A DNA stretch of 64,000 nucleotides, taken from Fibrobacteria bacterium (GTDB lineage Bacteria > Fibrobacterota > Fibrobacteria > UBA11236). The position numbers were made by a program, and so were the translations under genes. The notes beneath the pieces were generated by a model. It saw only the letters and a list, made by a program, of their open reading frames with translations. It was not told the origin of the DNA and ran no database searches. How positions within the stretch are numbered: position 1 is the first letter of the stretch; each line of letters begins with the position of its first letter. The stretch lies in assembly GCA_043732185.1 (NCBI GenBank), contig JAYTHY010000092.1, forward strand, positions 1-64,000, read 5' to 3'. Below, piece by piece: positions 17,895-28,293 of this stretch.

Positions 17895-19573
17895 GGCCCA
17901 AGCCTGTCTGGACTGCAAAGGTAACACCCAGCTTCCTGGGAACCTGTACGAAACGTTCCATTGAATTCTGTCCATGCCTCTTTTTCTGAGGAGAGCACAT
18001 CCATTTCCATGTCCAATTCCCTGAATTCACCGGCCATAAATGCCTGTATGGGTCGGTCAGCGGTGCGAAGTGAGGAACCGTTAGCGAAAAACTTTCCGGG
18101 CAGGAACTGGATAAAATTGCGGCCACCCTTCGCTGGATTCGCATCTTCCAGTTCGCGCAAAATGTGGTCCCCACGCATGGGATTTAGGCGCTCTTGTTTC
18201 AATGAATACCCTCTCGTGCGAGCTGTATGTAAAGGGCCAATGTTCACCGGCTCCTGAGAACTCAGCAAGGGTTGCAGAGACATACTACCCTTGACGACCT
18301 CCATAGTTGAAATCCTGCCTTCGTGCCGAAAAAGTACAGCCTGAGGTTGGCCCCTGGAAATAAATGAGGGAGTGAGCACAACGGAATTATCCTGAAATGC
18401 CAAGAGTCCGAGTTTTTTCCAAATGCTATTGCTATCCAGAGATGCTATTTGGTTGAGTTTTTGCCAGAGAAGATTTGTACTGTCCAAGGTGGATACCTGA
18501 CCTAATCCCTTCCAGACCAAATTACTGCTATCCAACGCTGCCACTTGAGTCAAGGTGCGTAGCAATAGGTTGGTGGTGTCCATCGCCGTAACCTTACCAA
18601 GTGTTTTGAAAAGGACATTCGTGCTATCCAGTGCCGTTACTTTAGCCAGGTTTTTAAGAATCAAATTATGGCTATCCAATGAAGTCACTCTCCCCAATCC
18701 CTTCCAGAGTACGTTGGTGCTATCCAATGCCGCCACATTGGCCAAGGAACGCCATATCAAATTACTGTTGTCCAGAGCGGTTACGGACCGTAGCTTCCCC
18801 TCTACCGATCCGGAGTCAATGCCTTTAAGAATACCCAACGTTCCAAAATTGAGCTGAACAACCTTGGGTAACATGTAGGTATATGAGGAGTGTGGATAAA
18901 GCATGTAATGCACATTTTCCATGCTGATAACGGATATTCTCGGTGCGTCTCCAATCACCAAAGTAAAACCAATGGGTATGTCCTCGATTTTTCCGCTTTT
19001 TAAAATCTGAAGTCCACGAACCAACATTGCCGGATTGACTGGTGGTTTGAGCTTCAACAAGCCCATGCCTGTTGTTTGAATCTTTTTATTTGAAAAATGG
19101 GCAATGATGGGTGTAGCCAGCGCTTGACTAAACTGTCGACGTTTGTCACCCGCTTCGGGCAACATATGCACGGTGTCAATGAGATTGGCTTTGCCGTTGG
19201 CCAAGTCGACAACTTCCAAATGACATCGGATTTCTGCTTTAAGCTCTTGGCATTCAACGAGTACGCCCCATTTCACTAACCCTCCGGAAATGCCTGCAAG
19301 TAAGGACGGGTCTTTAAGTTTGCCCATGCCATGCGCGGAATCGATTACAGTGAAATTCTTTTTGCGGAGATCATAAACAGTAAGGGAGCTGTCTTCCGCC
19401 AAATCTTGACCCAAATCCTGATTCAAGCCCTGGATAAATGCAGAGTCTTTTCCAGCCAGATAAATACCCAGCATGCTGACGGATAGTTTTCCCCAGCTTG
19501 CTCCATGCAGAATGGATAAACACAGAGCGCCGACAGCGAAGTAGGCGTGACGGGAAAAGTTGGGGGCTTTCAC
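17891..19573 (-). CDS. Exported protein: TolB-N/CsgG-like domain plus FecR-like domain interrupted by 16-aa tandem repeats
   Basis: Signal peptide; HLEVVDLANGK; FecR-like halves (LVIGD...LYPHS...LNFGTL / VLTPS...TMEVVKGSMSL) flank eight repeats. Confidence 0.7.
   Translation of the reverse strand: MKAPNFSRHAYFAVGALCLSILHGASWGKLSVSMLGIYLAGKDSAFIQGLNQDLGQDLAEDSSLTVYDLRKKNFTVIDSAHGMGKLKDPSLLAGISGGLVKWGVLVECQELKAEIRCHLEVVDLANGKANLIDTVHMLPEAGDKRRQFSQALATPIIAHFSNKKIQTTGMGLLKLKPPVNPAMLVRGLQILKSGKIEDIPIGFTLVIGDAPRISVISMENVHYMLYPHSSYTYMLPKVVQLNFGTLGILKGIDSGSVEGKLRSVTALDNSNLIWRSLANVAALDSTNVLWKGLGRVTSLDSHNLILKNLAKVTALDSTNVLFKTLGKVTAMDTTNLLLRTLTQVAALDSSNLVWKGLGQVSTLDSTNLLWQKLNQIASLDSNSIWKKLGLLAFQDNSVVLTPSFISRGQPQAVLFRHEGRISTMEVVKGSMSLQPLLSSQEPVNIGPLHTARTRGYSLKQERLNPMRGDHILRELEDANPAKGGRNFIQFLPGKFFANGSSLRTADRPIQAFMAGEFRELDMEMDVLSSEKEAWTEFNGTFRTGSQEAGCYLCSPDRLGP
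18407..18784 (-). repeat. Eight 48-nt (16-aa) degenerate tandem coding repeats
   Basis: A CTATCC-like motif recurs at 18432, 18480, 18528...18768 (period 48); protein consensus V(T/A)ALDS(T/S)NLxWKxLG(K/Q). Confidence 0.95.
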
Positions 19574-19728
19574 TCGGCAATTATACTCTTTCTAATCAGA
19601 GCATGGCCAACGGCCAATCTATACCGAAATACCCTCAACCCTAATGTTTTGAATTCTTCAAGGTTGCCATGGATACTCTGCCATCTCTCGATCCTGGCCA
19701 TCTCTAGCCGTGTAGTTGGTCCAATCCA

Positions 19729-21126
19729 TCAAGGTGTAGTCGAGAGGATTTTTGGAGTAGACAACGCCGACACTTCCGCCGGAGTCAGAGCCCGGTTGTA
19801 AACCCGGAATTCATCGATATCACCTTGTAAATGAGTGATACTTCTGACGCCCGCCGTGAGGCGAAATCCGCGACCAATACGATTAAAAAGAAAAACTCCA
19901 GACCAGGTTCCAGTACCATCCAGGTTTCCATTTTGGTAAACCTGCAAATCTCCATTTTTTCTGGTTATCGCAACATGCGACCACACATCCGGCACTTGAA
20001 TGGTCTTGCCAATCACTTCATCCCATGAAGGCTTCCCCAGCGTATCGAACATGAACGGAAGCGCACCGGAATAAAGTCGGAAATTTTTTTGGGCAAAATT
20101 TAAGTTGCAACTGTCATCCATTCCCGCCAACACTTGGTTATTATCAATCTGTCCACGCAACCTAACCCAGGCAGAGATGCTAAAATCACTGTCGAGGTAA
20201 AGGGTGGGAATGGCGATATACGCGCCTATACCGTCGAAGGACAGTGCACCGCCAACTTTTCCTTTGCTCCATTTTGGACTTCCCTCTAGACGGCCATCCA
20301 ATCCACCCACCGGATCTACTGTTTCACTCCCAGCGCCTTCATCAAAAGGCCAATAGGCAATCAACCCATCCGGTACCAGGGAAGTAAAATGTGCAGTGGA
20401 CGTGCGGACCAGAACTACAGAATCAATGTTGATGCTGTCCCCGGGAGGAATTTCGATACCATCCAATTCCTTGAATTGTATAAAGGGGACCGGGCTGTAA
20501 ACACGTATGTGGACTCGGCCGGGTGGCAAGGATTGAAACCGGAATCGCCCGGTAACACCATTGACAGCCGCAACCCGATCCATTCCATACACCTGAACAT
20601 ACCCATGCAAAAAGGTGCTGTCCTGTAGAAACGCATTGGCCGGATCAACCGTACCAAGCAAGGTACCGGTAGCCTGTAAGGTATGTTTGCCAGTATGATT
20701 TTCTCCGGAAGCCACGCGTACCGAAATAGGCAGAATCAGTCCCAAATCACTTCTATCCCCAATTTCTAATTGGTACTCTCCAGGAGCCACCGAGTCGATA
20801 CTAAAGCCACCATCACTATCCGTCACGCCATCTCGCGTTCCACTTTGTCCGCTAGCTGCAACCGAAATTTTGGTTAAACCCCGACTGGATGGATCCGCTA
20901 GAAATCGAATATCGCGCAATCGATATTGCACGCCAGCCGCTGGCCCTCCACTTGGAAGCACAACCTGACCAATTACGGTTTCGGAACTAGTGCCCGCTAT
21001 GTCTTGCACGCGATCGGGCCCACATCCAAAAATTACCTGAAGAGCGGCCAAGCAAACGAATTGCACCCAATGAGACAGGGTGGCCGTTTTATTTGCCCCA
21101 TGCATAGGATATTTAATCTGGCGCAT
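19729..21126 (-). CDS. Lipoprotein with carboxypeptidase-regulatory-like Ig domains and C-terminal LamG domain
   Basis: Lipobox IFGC; TDSDGGFSIDSVAPGEYQL; GLIAYWPFDEG, GGALSFDG, FSISAWV, WSHVAIT, GDIDEFRVYNRALT. Confidence 0.88.
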   Translation of the reverse strand: MRQIKYPMHGANKTATLSHWVQFVCLAALQVIFGCGPDRVQDIAGTSSETVIGQVVLPSGGPAAGVQYRLRDIRFLADPSSRGLTKISVAASGQSGTRDGVTDSDGGFSIDSVAPGEYQLEIGDRSDLGLILPISVRVASGENHTGKHTLQATGTLLGTVDPANAFLQDSTFLHGYVQVYGMDRVAAVNGVTGRFRFQSLPPGRVHIRVYSPVPFIQFKELDGIEIPPGDSINIDSVVLVRTSTAHFTSLVPDGLIAYWPFDEGAGSETVDPVGGLDGRLEGSPKWSKGKVGGALSFDGIGAYIAIPTLYLDSDFSISAWVRLRGQIDNNQVLAGMDDSCNLNFAQKNFRLYSGALPFMFDTLGKPSWDEVIGKTIQVPDVWSHVAITRKNGDLQVYQNGNLDGTGTWSGVFLFNRIGRGFRLTAGVRSITHLQGDIDEFRVYNRALTPAEVSALSTPKILSTTP

Positions 21127-21988
21127 TGGGAAGTTTTGTGAGCGGGAAAAGATTATAACTCAACTGATAAACCCGGTCGGGTTTTAAATCTTTTTCAGCC
21201 AGCCCGGATATTTTTTTCCGCAATGCCACAATTTCCTGTTTTACCATTTGGAAAGTCTCGCGGGAAAAGCTCATAGTCAATGTCGACATATCCAAATCCT
21301 TTAACAATGGCGCATCATAGGATTTGGCAGCCATCAGCAACATCGCCTTCTGAAAATTTATCAAATTTAGGGTCTGAACATTGCGTTCGGTATTTCCAGT
21401 TCCAGAGGTAATAATCGCCTCCAAGGGACGATAATTTCCTTGATCATCCTGCGCAATCATCCCCAACTTTTCCAGTACCTTAATGGCTTTCTTAGCTTCG
21501 GCAGCCCGAATTGGAGGACTGAGGGCGCGTGCCAGAGCGGAAAAATCACCGTCACAGGGAAAATAAGAGAGAAGCGCGCGAATCGCGCTGTAATACCACT
21601 TGGAATAAAATTCGTATTGGGTTCCATCGACCTTGTACGCCTTGGAATCATAACTCGACATCAATTTACGGAAATAGATCCGCCTCTCTTCAATGGTCGA
21701 CGCTTCATTGAAAAGTACCATGTTCAAAAAGTATTCCGCCTCGCGATCGTTGAGTTCCAAGGCCTGGGAAAATTTCATCATCAGCCCTCGCCCCAGGCTT
21801 TGCCGGCCTTCAATCACATCCTTATAGAGCCCCACGGAATTGATTCCCGCTTTTCCTGCAAAGTATCGATAAGAAAATGCCTTGGAAATCTTTTTTCTTT
21901 CTTGATAATAGTCCAACAGGTACTTCCGATAATCGGTGTAATCAAATACCCTAACCTTGGCTGTAACACTTCCCTGCGGCTTGACCAT
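21113..21988 (-). CDS. TIGR02147 family protein (HTH + DUF4423)
   Basis: VFDYTDYRKYLLDYY, FSYRYFAGKAG, YEFYSKWYYSAIRALL, LSPPI, DMSTLTMS, DRVYQL. Confidence 0.9.
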   Translation of the reverse strand: MVKPQGSVTAKVRVFDYTDYRKYLLDYYQERKKISKAFSYRYFAGKAGINSVGLYKDVIEGRQSLGRGLMMKFSQALELNDREAEYFLNMVLFNEASTIEERRIYFRKLMSSYDSKAYKVDGTQYEFYSKWYYSAIRALLSYFPCDGDFSALARALSPPIRAAEAKKAIKVLEKLGMIAQDDQGNYRPLEAIITSGTGNTERNVQTLNLINFQKAMLLMAAKSYDAPLLKDLDMSTLTMSFSRETFQMVKQEIVALRKKISGLAEKDLKPDRVYQLSYNLFPLTKLPNAPD

Positions 21989-22099
21989 ACTGGATAAGAT
22001 AAGGCCTGGAATGCGTAAAGGTCGTATGTTTTTTAATTTCCGTTCAGATTACACGGAACAGGTCCGTTGTTTCCAGAAGGAAGGGTACGAAAAGTAAAT

Positions 22100-22912
22100 C
22101 TAGGCGGAAAGTTCGGCGGATCGGGCTACCGCGGCGGCTACGGCATTCATTAAAATGCCTTTAAAACCAGCCGTTTCCAGGACGTGCAGGCCGTGAATGG
22201 TCGTTCCTCCTGGCGAGCAGACCTTGGCGGACCATTGTGCGGGACTGTCCTTACCGCTTTCAAGCAGCTTCAGTGCGCCTTTAGCCGTTTGCATCACCAA
22301 GGCCGAGGCGACATCGCGGGCCAATCCTGCTTTCACACCAGCGAGGATCAATCCATCCAAAAACTCAAAAACATAGGCTGGTCCGCTGCCGGAAAGGCCC
22401 GTCACCGCATCCATTTGATGTGCCGTTACGCGTACGGCTTTGCCGACTGCCTTGAAAATATGTTCGGCGACCAACAAGGTTGCCTCGGAATGCCCATCGA
22501 TTTCAATAGCCGTCGCGCCTTCGCCAACGGATAAAGGCAGGTTCGGCATGACACGGACAATTTGATACTCTTCAGGAAAATGGGCGCGGATATTTTCGCT
22601 TGTGACGCCAGCCATGACGCTTAAAACCACTCGTTCTTTCTCACTGCTTTGAGGTTTTAGTCCTGGCGCTACATGATGAAAAATCTGGGGCTTTACGGCT
22701 AGAATAAGTACATCACTATGGTCCAGCAAGTCATGTGCATGCACTACGGTCTGGACGCCGAGATCTTTTTTAAGCGCATCCATTGCTCCAGCAAAGGTGT
22801 CATAGACATAAATATCTTTTGGCTTTGCGGTTCCAGAGGCAACCAGGCCACGGATCAAAGCTCCGCCCATATTCCCACAGCCTAATACGCCTATGTTTTT
22901 AAGATCAACCAT
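22100..22912 (-). CDS. proC: Pyrroline-5-carboxylate reductase
   Basis: [35 protein letters not shown]. Confidence 0.96.
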   Translation of the reverse strand: MVDLKNIGVLGCGNMGGALIRGLVASGTAKPKDIYVYDTFAGAMDALKKDLGVQTVVHAHDLLDHSDVLILAVKPQIFHHVAPGLKPQSSEKERVVLSVMAGVTSENIRAHFPEEYQIVRVMPNLPLSVGEGATAIEIDGHSEATLLVAEHIFKAVGKAVRVTAHQMDAVTGLSGSGPAYVFEFLDGLILAGVKAGLARDVASALVMQTAKGALKLLESGKDSPAQWSAKVCSPGGTTIHGLHVLETAGFKGILMNAVAAAVARSAELSA

Positions 22913-24359
22913 TCATCGAATCCAGGAAATCTTTGTTGCTCTTACCACTCTTAAGTTTGTCGACTAAGAACTCCATGATTTCCACTGGAGAAAGATCTTG
23001 CAAGTATCGGCGTAAAATCCAAACCCGGCGTAAGTCTTCCGGAGTCATTAACAATTCTTCTTTTCTGGTTCCGGACTTGAATACGTCGATAGCGGGCCAA
23101 ATGCGTTTTTCGGCGATACGACGATCCAAAATCAATTCCATATTTCCCGTGCCCTTGAACTCCTCGAAAATAACTTCATCCATGCGACTGCCCGTTTCAA
23201 TAAGCGCCGTGGCGATAATGGTTAGGCTGCCGCCGTCTTCAATATTTCGAGCCGAACCGAAAAAGCGTTTGGGTTTCTGCAAGGCCATGGCATCCACACC
23301 ACCGGAAAGAATCTTGCCGGAATGCGGAATAACCACGTTATGAGCGCGCGCCAGACGCGTGATGCTATCCAGAAGAATAACCACATGCTGTCCGTGCTCG
23401 ACTAATCTCCGAGCCTTTTCAACAACCATATTGGCCACTTGAATATGGCGTTCCGGGGGTTCATCAAAGGTCGAACTGAACACTTCTGCTGGTACGCTTC
23501 GGCGCATATCCGTAACTTCTTCCGGACGTTCATCAATGAGCAGCACCATGAGCTTGACTTCAGGATGATTCTTGACAATGGCATTGGCGATATTCTGAAG
23601 TAAAATTGTTTTACCCGCTCGCGGAGGCGCGACGATGAGCCCACGTTGTCCGCGCCCAATCGGAGTAAATAGATTCATGATACGGGTACTGATTTCCTTG
23701 GGATCATATTCGACATTGAAGGCCACATCCGGATGGAGTGGAGTCAAATTATCGAAGGAAACCCGGTCCTTGCACACTTCCGGGTCGTCGCCATTTACCT
23801 TTTGGATTCGCAGTAAAGCGAAATACCGCTCATTGTCTTTCGGCGCCCGAACCAATCCTGAAATGGTATCGCCGGTTTGCAGTCCAAAGCGTTTAATTTG
23901 GGTGGATGAGACATACACATCGTCCGGTCCAGCCACATAGGAATGGTCAGAAGAGCGCAAGAAGCCATAGCCTTCATCCATGACTTCCAGCACGCCCTCA
24001 GCATAGATGGAAGCCGTGCCACCGCTTTCGCGCTCGAGAATTGCAAATACCAAAGCTTGTTTTCGCAAGCTGCGGGGATCATTGAGGTTGAGATCGAGGC
24101 CCATATTAATGAGCTCTTTCATCCCAAGTTTTTTCAATTCGAGATAGCGACCCTTGGCCTCTTGCAGAGTGCGCGCATTGCTGCTCTCCTGAGATTCGCC
24201 TCCAACTTCACCGTTCTGCGAATCGTATTCACTCTGCTCCTCTGAGGAATGGGCTTGTTCCTCTGGGGCATCAGCAGCGCCATTTTCCATCCCTGGGTAT
24301 TCCTGGCCTTTGGATTTGTCCGATGATTTTTTAATAGCAGGTTTCGGTTTGGTGGCCAA
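22905..24359 (-). CDS. rho: Transcription termination factor Rho
   Basis: [70 protein letters not shown] start after AAGGAG. Confidence 0.98.
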   Translation of the reverse strand: MATKPKPAIKKSSDKSKGQEYPGMENGAADAPEEQAHSSEEQSEYDSQNGEVGGESQESSNARTLQEAKGRYLELKKLGMKELINMGLDLNLNDPRSLRKQALVFAILERESGGTASIYAEGVLEVMDEGYGFLRSSDHSYVAGPDDVYVSSTQIKRFGLQTGDTISGLVRAPKDNERYFALLRIQKVNGDDPEVCKDRVSFDNLTPLHPDVAFNVEYDPKEISTRIMNLFTPIGRGQRGLIVAPPRAGKTILLQNIANAIVKNHPEVKLMVLLIDERPEEVTDMRRSVPAEVFSSTFDEPPERHIQVANMVVEKARRLVEHGQHVVILLDSITRLARAHNVVIPHSGKILSGGVDAMALQKPKRFFGSARNIEDGGSLTIIATALIETGSRMDEVIFEEFKGTGNMELILDRRIAEKRIWPAIDVFKSGTRKEELLMTPEDLRRVWILRRYLQDLSPVEIMEFLVDKLKSGKSNKDFLDSMNG

Positions 24360-24442
24360 AATGGATCTCCTTCGATACTTTTAAAATTGGGGCCAAATGG
24401 TTTTGATGGCAAGAACGGGATGGATTATCTGGAAAAAGATAT

Positions 24443-24491
24443 AAAAAGGGCCCCTATATTGGACCGATTCAGGTCGGACCGAACAAGGGCC
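24443..24491 (-). promoter_or_regulatory. Imperfect hairpin plus U-tract in the rho 5' leader (possible attenuator)
   Basis: Minus strand GGCCCTTGTTCGGTCCGA-CCTGAA-TCGGTCCAATATAGGGGCC then CTTTTT, about 85 nt before the rho start. Confidence 0.35.
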
Positions 24492-24593
24492 AACTCGTGC
24501 CTAAAGGATAACAATATTTAACCAGATAGGTCTACTCGATTTAAAAATGGTTGGACGAATGATTTTGTCCCATATTTCTATATTTTTTTCTGC

Positions 24594-25772
24594 ATGGCTC
24601 GTCCCGAAACCACGGTCACTTTGGCCCTTGGAAGCAATCTAAATGATCGGGAATCCTACCTCCAAAAGGCCTTGGATGCTCTGCGTACCATTGCCGTTTC
24701 ACCTATAAAGAAAAGCAAGGTATACGAAACGGATCCTGTGGGCCCCGGCACGCAGGGCAAATACCTCAATTTATGCGTTCGTTTTTCCACTCGACTTGAC
24801 CCATTCGCCCTATTAGCGTTTTGCAGCGAGACCGAAAAACGATTGGGGCGCATTTCCGCGGAACGATGGGCTCCCAGAGAAATCGATTTGGACATTTTAG
24901 CCTATGGACGGGAAATCATCCAATCCGATGGCCTGACAGTTCCCCATGCCGCCATTGCGAATCGCCAGTTCGTCTTGTTTCCTTTGGTGGATTTGGATCC
25001 AGGCTTTGTGTTACCCGGGTTTACAGAAACGGTGGAGGCCATGCTGGATCACGCATTGGGTGTTCAAGGACCTCAGGGAATTGAGGAATACCGTCCTTTG
25101 CCAACCACTACCGCTTCCTTGCCAGAACGTGTGCGCTACGTTGCCGTGGAAGGCGTCATTGGCGTGGGGAAATCCACCTTGGTCAAAGCTCTCAGTGAAC
25201 GCATGGGCTGCATGCCGGTTTATGAAGAGTTCGAAAACAATCCGTTTTTGTCCGACTTCTATAAAGACAAAAATCGTTACGCCTTTCAAACCCAAGTCTT
25301 TTTCTTTCTATCCCGCTACCGGCAAATCAAAGAATTATTCCAGCAGCAGGATTTGTTCCACCCGCAGATTATCAGCGATTATATGTTCGCGAAGGATAAA
25401 ATTTTCGCCACTTTGAACCTCGATGAAAACGAGGTGGCCCTGTATTACAAATTCGCCGATTTGATGGAGCGGAGCTTAGTCAAGCCGGATTATGCCGTAT
25501 ATTTGCAGGCCGATACCAAAACTTTGCTGCAACGTATCCGCATGCGAGATCGCGCCTATGAGCGCAGCATCGATGAAAATTACATCGAAGCGCTCAATCA
25601 GGCCTACAATACTTTTTTCCATTATTACACAGCATCGCCGCTGCTTATCATTAACACCAATAATATCGACTTTGTTCGCAACCCACAGGATTTGGAGCTA
25701 TTGACAGAATTGATATCCAAGGTGCCGGAAGGTGTTACGTATTTCTCCCCGACCTCGATGGGGAAAAAGTAG
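24594..25772 (+). CDS. folK: Fused HPPK (FolK) and deoxynucleoside-kinase-like protein
   Basis: ALGSNL, YETDPVG, WAPREIDLDIL, LTVPH, RQFVL; then P-loop EGVIGVGKST, NPFLSDFY, FQTQVFFFLSR, in one ORF. Confidence 0.93.
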   Translation: MARPETTVTLALGSNLNDRESYLQKALDALRTIAVSPIKKSKVYETDPVGPGTQGKYLNLCVRFSTRLDPFALLAFCSETEKRLGRISAERWAPREIDLDILAYGREIIQSDGLTVPHAAIANRQFVLFPLVDLDPGFVLPGFTETVEAMLDHALGVQGPQGIEEYRPLPTTTASLPERVRYVAVEGVIGVGKSTLVKALSERMGCMPVYEEFENNPFLSDFYKDKNRYAFQTQVFFFLSRYRQIKELFQQQDLFHPQIISDYMFAKDKIFATLNLDENEVALYYKFADLMERSLVKPDYAVYLQADTKTLLQRIRMRDRAYERSIDENYIEALNQAYNTFFHYYTASPLLIINTNNIDFVRNPQDLELLTELISKVPEGVTYFSPTSMGKK

Positions 25773-25828
25773 ACTGGATCTCCTTGGTGCTCTAGGGAGT
25801 CAGGAGTCAGGAGTAGGGAGACCAACCT

Positions 25829-26686
25829 ATGGAAATTCTTAAGGACATTACCGCCTATCGCCGTTGGCGCGCAAATCTGAGTGCGCGTGGTACCTTGGGA
25901 AGCGACGTTTCTCTGGGTTTTGTTCCCACCATGGGGGCACTCCATGCGGGGCATCTCAAACTAGTAGCCACCAGTAAGGCAGCTAGCCAAAACACCGTGG
26001 TCTCCATTTTTGTGAATCCGCTTCAGTTTGGCCCAGCAGAAGACTTTTCCAGGTATCCGAGGCCATTGGATCAGGATTTAAAACTCTGCCGAGAAGCCGG
26101 CGTGGACGCCGTTTTCGTCCCGGAAACCCAGGATTTTTATGCCCCCGATCATGCCACTTATGTGCATGTGGAAGGGCTGGATCAACATCTTTGCGGCGCT
26201 GCCCGGCCCGGTCATTTTCGCGGTGTGTGTACCGTCGTGCTGAAGCTTTTACATATCATACAGCCGACCCAGGCCTATTTTGGGCAGAAGGATATTCAGC
26301 AGGCATTGATACTGCGAAAAATGGTGTTGGACCTGTCCTTGAATATCCGTCTCGAAATCGTCGAAACGGTGCGTGAACCTTCCGGGCTTGCCTTAAGTTC
26401 GCGCAATGCATACTTGAGTTCGGATGAAAAAGTGCGGGCCACAGCGCTGTTTCGTGGGTTGAATAGAGCGCAAGCCGCTTATGCAAACGGTGAACGGTCA
26501 GCGGAGAATTTACAGGGCCTGGTTCAAGAGGAAATCAATGCGGCTCACCCGAATCGCATCGATTATATCCAGATGGTATCACAAGGCCTGCTTCAACCCG
26601 TAAAGGTCATTTCAGAACCTGCGGTTTTAGCCTTGGCCGTTTATTTCGGGAAAACGCGACTCATCGATAATCTTCTTATCGGATAA
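25829..26686 (+). CDS. panC: Pantoate--beta-alanine ligase
   Basis: FVPTMGALHAGH, SIFVNPLQF, RPGHFRGV, FGQKD, GLALSSRN, RLIDN. Confidence 0.97.
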   Translation: MEILKDITAYRRWRANLSARGTLGSDVSLGFVPTMGALHAGHLKLVATSKAASQNTVVSIFVNPLQFGPAEDFSRYPRPLDQDLKLCREAGVDAVFVPETQDFYAPDHATYVHVEGLDQHLCGAARPGHFRGVCTVVLKLLHIIQPTQAYFGQKDIQQALILRKMVLDLSLNIRLEIVETVREPSGLALSSRNAYLSSDEKVRATALFRGLNRAQAAYANGERSAENLQGLVQEEINAAHPNRIDYIQMVSQGLLQPVKVISEPAVLALAVYFGKTRLIDNLLIG

Positions 26687-26729
26687 AAGAGATCACGCAA
26701 TTTACGGAACATCTTGACCCTGATCTTAT

Positions 26730-26759
26730 GCCACCCCTTTTATAAATAATCGGGGTGGC
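26730..26759. terminator. GC-rich hairpin between convergent panC and serC
   Basis: GCCACCCC-N14-GGGGTGGC, perfect 8-bp stem; no strong U-tract. Confidence 0.5.
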
Positions 26760-26769
26760 GGCCCTTCCA

Positions 26770-27843
26770 TTACCCGTTTTTCTTGGCGAAATCTTTCATC
26801 ACTTGGACCAAAGCATCAATGCCGTCCAGCTCCATGGCATTGTAAATGGATGCACGGAAACCGCCCACGGATCGATGACCTTTTAAACCCGAGAGTCCAG
26901 CCGCCTCTGCAGCTTTGCCGAACTCATTTTCCAGCTCAGGCTTTTGCATTACAAAGGTGACATTCATGCGGGAACGATCTTCCTTGGCGCAGGTCGCTTT
27001 GAACAGCGGATTTTCATCGATTTCCAAATACAGTCTTCGGGCCTTCTCTTCATTTTTCTTTTGCATGGCGGTCACGCCACCCATTTGTTTGACCCAGCGT
27101 AAGGTTTCCATGGCCATGTAAACGGCAAAGACTGGAGGAGTATTGTACATAGACTCCCCCTCAATATGGATTTTGTAATCCAGCATCGATGGAATCTTGC
27201 GTTTGACTTTACCCAAAAGTTCATCCTTAACGATGACTAAAGTGGTTCCGGCAACGCCCATGTTCTTTTGGGCTCCAGCATAAATAAGGCCGAACTTGGA
27301 GACATCCACCGGGCGGCTGAAAATATCGCTGGACATATCGGCGATAAGGGGCACGGGCGAATCCGGAAAGGTTTGCAGCTGCGTGCCGTAAATGGTATTG
27401 TTGGACGTTACATGGAAGTAACGGGCATCCTTTGGTATTTCATAAGTTTTGGGAATGAAGGTATAGTTGGCTTCCTTGGACGATGCCACCACTTTCACGT
27501 TTCCGAATAACTTGGCTTCTTTAAGGGCTTTATTGGCCCACATCCCGGTGTCGAGATACGCGGCCGTCTCCCCTTCATCGAGCAGATTATAGGGAATCAT
27601 CGCGAACTGCAGGCTGGCTCCACCTTGCAAAAAGGCCACGGAATATCCGGCGGGAACCTGGAGGATTTCTTTGACCAACTTGATGGCTTCATCCATAACG
27701 GCCACGAATTCCTTGCTGCGATGCGAAATTTCCAGAAGTGAAAGTCTCATGCCATTGAATTCAAGACAGGCGCGCGAACCGGCTTCCATGGCTTGTCTGG
27801 GGAGAACGGATGGGCCGGAGCTGAAATTGTAAATCTTTTGCAT
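26770..27843 (-). CDS. serC: Phosphoserine aminotransferase
   Basis: [61 protein letters not shown]. Confidence 0.97.
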   Translation of the reverse strand: MQKIYNFSSGPSVLPRQAMEAGSRACLEFNGMRLSLLEISHRSKEFVAVMDEAIKLVKEILQVPAGYSVAFLQGGASLQFAMIPYNLLDEGETAAYLDTGMWANKALKEAKLFGNVKVVASSKEANYTFIPKTYEIPKDARYFHVTSNNTIYGTQLQTFPDSPVPLIADMSSDIFSRPVDVSKFGLIYAGAQKNMGVAGTTLVIVKDELLGKVKRKIPSMLDYKIHIEGESMYNTPPVFAVYMAMETLRWVKQMGGVTAMQKKNEEKARRLYLEIDENPLFKATCAKEDRSRMNVTFVMQKPELENEFGKAAEAAGLSGLKGHRSVGGFRASIYNAMELDGIDALVQVMKDFAKKNG

Positions 27844-27903
27844 TTTTGGTTCCTTTGGTTCCTATTGAACGGTTTCTAAAGTAAAACTTGATACGGAGAG
27901 CTT

Positions 27904-28293
27904 CTAGATCCCAAAACGTGCGATGGCAGTGGTTTGAATGCCACCACGCGCATTGAATACGCCGCGCACTTCCATGCTTTTGGGGGCACAGGCCTTGACG
28001 CAATCACCGAGAACGCGGTTGACCACATGTTCATGAAAAATCCCTAGGTCTCTGAAAAAAAGAAAATATTCTTTCAAACTTTTCAGTTCCAAGCAAAGTT
28101 TTTGCGGCACATAAATGATTTCCAAAGTGGCAAAATCCGGCAAGCCCGTTTTCGGGCATATGCACGTGAACTCGGGGATAGCTACTTCCAATCGGGTATT
28201 GCTGCCCGGATACTGGAATTCCCACGCTTCGATTTCAGGCGTCGACAAGGAGGCAATATCCTTCTGCAGGCCTTGATATGAGGATTCGATCAT
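27904..28293 (-). CDS. queF: PreQ0 reductase QueF (short type)
   Basis: EFTCICPKTGLPDFATL (catalytic Cys), ELKSLKEY, FHE, RGGI. Confidence 0.95.
   Translation of the reverse strand: MIESSYQGLQKDIASLSTPEIEAWEFQYPGSNTRLEVAIPEFTCICPKTGLPDFATLEIIYVPQKLCLELKSLKEYFLFFRDLGIFHEHVVNRVLGDCVKACAPKSMEVRGVFNARGGIQTTAIARFGI

Noticed and set aside
18407..18784. 48-nt periodic repeats as a CRISPR array
   Set aside because: Units are contiguous, degenerate, in frame within a CDS and have no unique spacers; no cas genes in the window.
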